Assembly (NCBI GenBank): GCA_965231215.1
Contig: OZ246423.1
Span: forward strand, 64,001-128,000
DNA length: 64,000 nucleotides
Source of the DNA: Candidatus Altimarinota bacterium
Lineage (GTDB): Bacteria; Patescibacteriota; Gracilibacteria; UBA4473
Reading direction: 5' to 3'
Part shown: positions 62,253-64,000 of the stretch, in pieces
How the letters are laid out: each line of letters starts with the position of its first letter
Position numbering within the stretch: the first letter of the stretch is position 1
Notes under the pieces: generated by a model
Database searches by the model: none
What the model saw: only the letters and a program-made list of their open reading frames with translations
What the model was told of the DNA's origin: nothing
Program-made: the position numbers and the translations under genes

Positions 62253-62972
62253 ATGCCTCCTGTTGTTAAAAAAAATCGAAAACAAACCCTTTCTAGGCAA
62301 GAAAAAATACGTCGAAACCCAATCCCTTGGGTCGTCGTATACATAATCTGTATAGGCATCTTATACTTTATTTATGGCGATATTGGCAGCTGGCTCTCAA
62401 AACGGTCAGAAATTGGCGATCTAGAACCTTCTAACGCTCAAATGGAAACACGAAAAAAGACCGTTCAAGCTAAAAAAGCTGAAGTAGAAACTCAGTTTAA
62501 TGATCAAGCTGCTGAATTCCTGAGAGAAGAAAAACAACTTTTCCCAGAGCATATTGATACTTCCAGAATCGCTCAGATCATTGAAATATACTCAATTTTA
62601 CTACAAAGAAATAGTTCTAGTAGTTCTGTAGTAGAGCTAAGTTCATTAAATGTGGGCCTTACCACACCCGCAGAAACTGCTAACTTTGACGAAACGCCGC
62701 TCAACCTTTCTCTAACGCTCGATAAAGTCAGCTTCAAAAAATATATTAAGTTCCTTCAAGACGGAAAAGTAGCAGATGAACTAAGAAACCGTGTAATTAG
62801 TAGAAAAAATAAAGGGGATGCCGCTTCAATTGAGTTTTTGGAAAATAATAGACTCCCCATTATGTCTATCAGATCTATTAACATGACTGAAGACCGATCT
62901 TCAGTTGATAGACCACTCCAAACCTATAACGTTCAAATGCAAGTGGTTCTTTATTCACGATCTCAACAATAA
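62253..62972 (+). CDS. PilO-like bitopic membrane protein
   Basis: One TM, coiled coil, QLFP, LNLSL, RLPIMSIRSINM; directly upstream of the ATPase. Confidence 0.6.
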   Translation: MPPVVKKNRKQTLSRQEKIRRNPIPWVVVYIICIGILYFIYGDIGSWLSKRSEIGDLEPSNAQMETRKKTVQAKKAEVETQFNDQAAEFLREEKQLFPEHIDTSRIAQIIEIYSILLQRNSSSSSVVELSSLNVGLTTPAETANFDETPLNLSLTLDKVSFKKYIKFLQDGKVADELRNRVISRKNKGDAASIEFLENNRLPIMSIRSINMTEDRSSVDRPLQTYNVQMQVVLYSRSQQ

Positions 62973-62984
62973 CCCACATTTTTG

Positions 62985-64000
62985 ATGCCTACACAAGGAA
63001 ATGCCCTAAAGAAGCTGAAAGAAGCCATTATTCGAGGAGAAGTCCCTGCTATCCTGGAAGGAACGATGCTCCTTTCTCTAGAAAAAGGGGCTTCAGATAT
63101 TCATATTGAACCTCGTAGGAACAATGTAGAACTTCGTCTAAGAGTAGATGGGGTATTGACTCATATTGTAGAGTACCCAAATAACATGCATCCAGGTTTG
63201 GTGTCTAAGACCAAACTGATGTCGAATCTTAAGATTGATGAATCTCGAGTGCCTCAAGATGGACGTATTTCTACTTGGGTTGGCGAAAAAGAAGTGGATC
63301 TACGGGTCTCAACTCTACCAACCGTGAATGGAGAAAAAATCGTAATGAGGGTTTTGGATAAATCGAAAAAAATTCCAACCTTAGATAAATTGGGTATTGT
63401 TGGAAGAAATCTCAAACTCTTTCAATTCGCTATTGAACAGCCCAATGGAGTGATTTTAACCTCTGGACCGACTGGGTCTGGAAAAACAACCACGATGTAC
63501 TCAGCCATGAGTTATGTAAATAGTCCTGAGGTAAACATCATGACGCTTGAAGATCCGGTGGAAAATCAAATGGAAGGACTCAATCAAAGCCAGATGAAAC
63601 CTCTCATTGGGTATACTTTTGCTTCGGGGTTACGTACGGCTCTCCGTCAAGATCCTGACATCATTATGGTGGGGGAAATCCGGGATAAAGAAACCATTGA
63701 TATTGCTATTGAAGCCTCCCTTACAGGACATCTGGTACTCTCTACCATCCATACCAATTCAGCGGTAGAAACCATTACCCGTATTCTCAACATGAAAGTA
63801 CCAGACTTTCTGCTTACCGCTGCCGTAAATCTGATTATTGCCCAAAGACTTTCAAGACGCCTTTGCCCTTACTGTAAACAGCCTTCTAAACCCAGTCCTG
63901 ATGCGATTAAAAAGGTAAAAGAAGCCTTTAAAGTTTTTAAGCCCTATGAAGGATTTGATACCTCTATCTTTACTGATCCTAAATTCTATGTAGCTAAAGA
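62985..64000 (+). CDS. pilB: GspE/PilB-family secretion ATPase; runs off the window
   Basis: Manual translation: GASDIHIEP, RVDGVL, PQDGR, SGPTGSGKTTT, LEDPVE, LRQDPDIIMVGEIRD, TGHLVLSTIHTN. Confidence 0.9.
   Translation, partial: MPTQGNALKKLKEAIIRGEVPAILEGTMLLSLEKGASDIHIEPRRNNVELRLRVDGVLTHIVEYPNNMHPGLVSKTKLMSNLKIDESRVPQDGRISTWVGEKEVDLRVSTLPTVNGEKIVMRVLDKSKKIPTLDKLGIVGRNLKLFQFAIEQPNGVILTSGPTGSGKTTTMYSAMSYVNSPEVNIMTLEDPVENQMEGLNQSQMKPLIGYTFASGLRTALRQDPDIIMVGEIRDKETIDIAIEASLTGHLVLSTIHTNSAVETITRILNMKVPDFLLTAAVNLIIAQRLSRRLCPYCKQPSKPSPDAIKKVKEAFKVFKPYEGFDTSIFTDPKFYVAK

Overview
AT-rich bacterial chromosome segment, most consistent with a Patescibacteria (CPR) genome of the Gracilibacteria/Peregrinibacteria neighbourhood (inference from gene content, SD-less leaders and pilins). 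It reads cleanly in code 11. Housekeeping genes (gyrB, purC, greA, rpoD, pheS, HU, ligA, secD/secF, ung, pyrG, ruvB, rpsA, nth, tsf, rpsB, truB, rpsF/rpsR, type IV pilus genes) are interleaved with the main point of interest: a family of large charged proteins without Sec signal peptides. They end in different peptidoglycan-active domains (lytic transglycosylase, three CHAP/NlpC-P60-like, YkuD-like, GH73 glucosaminidase, SGNH esterase) or in a Hint autoprocessing domain. Subsets share an N-terminal MK-x(10-11)-[KRQ][FY][IC][FY] motif, a catalytically dead SLT-like core, an amphipathic pre-effector helix, small acidic partner proteins and a TTTGTGATATAAT promoter. A nearby paralogous pair of large proteins could be a translocon. 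Together this looks like a polymorphic host-cell-wall effector system; that function is inferred, not shown. Other observations are a TAACC element at about -15 from start codons, near-total avoidance of TGA stops, two families of covarying structured intergenic repeats, SecD with an inserted parvulin, a degenerate Lgt and a FosA gene. No rRNA, tRNA, CRISPR or transposase was recognised.
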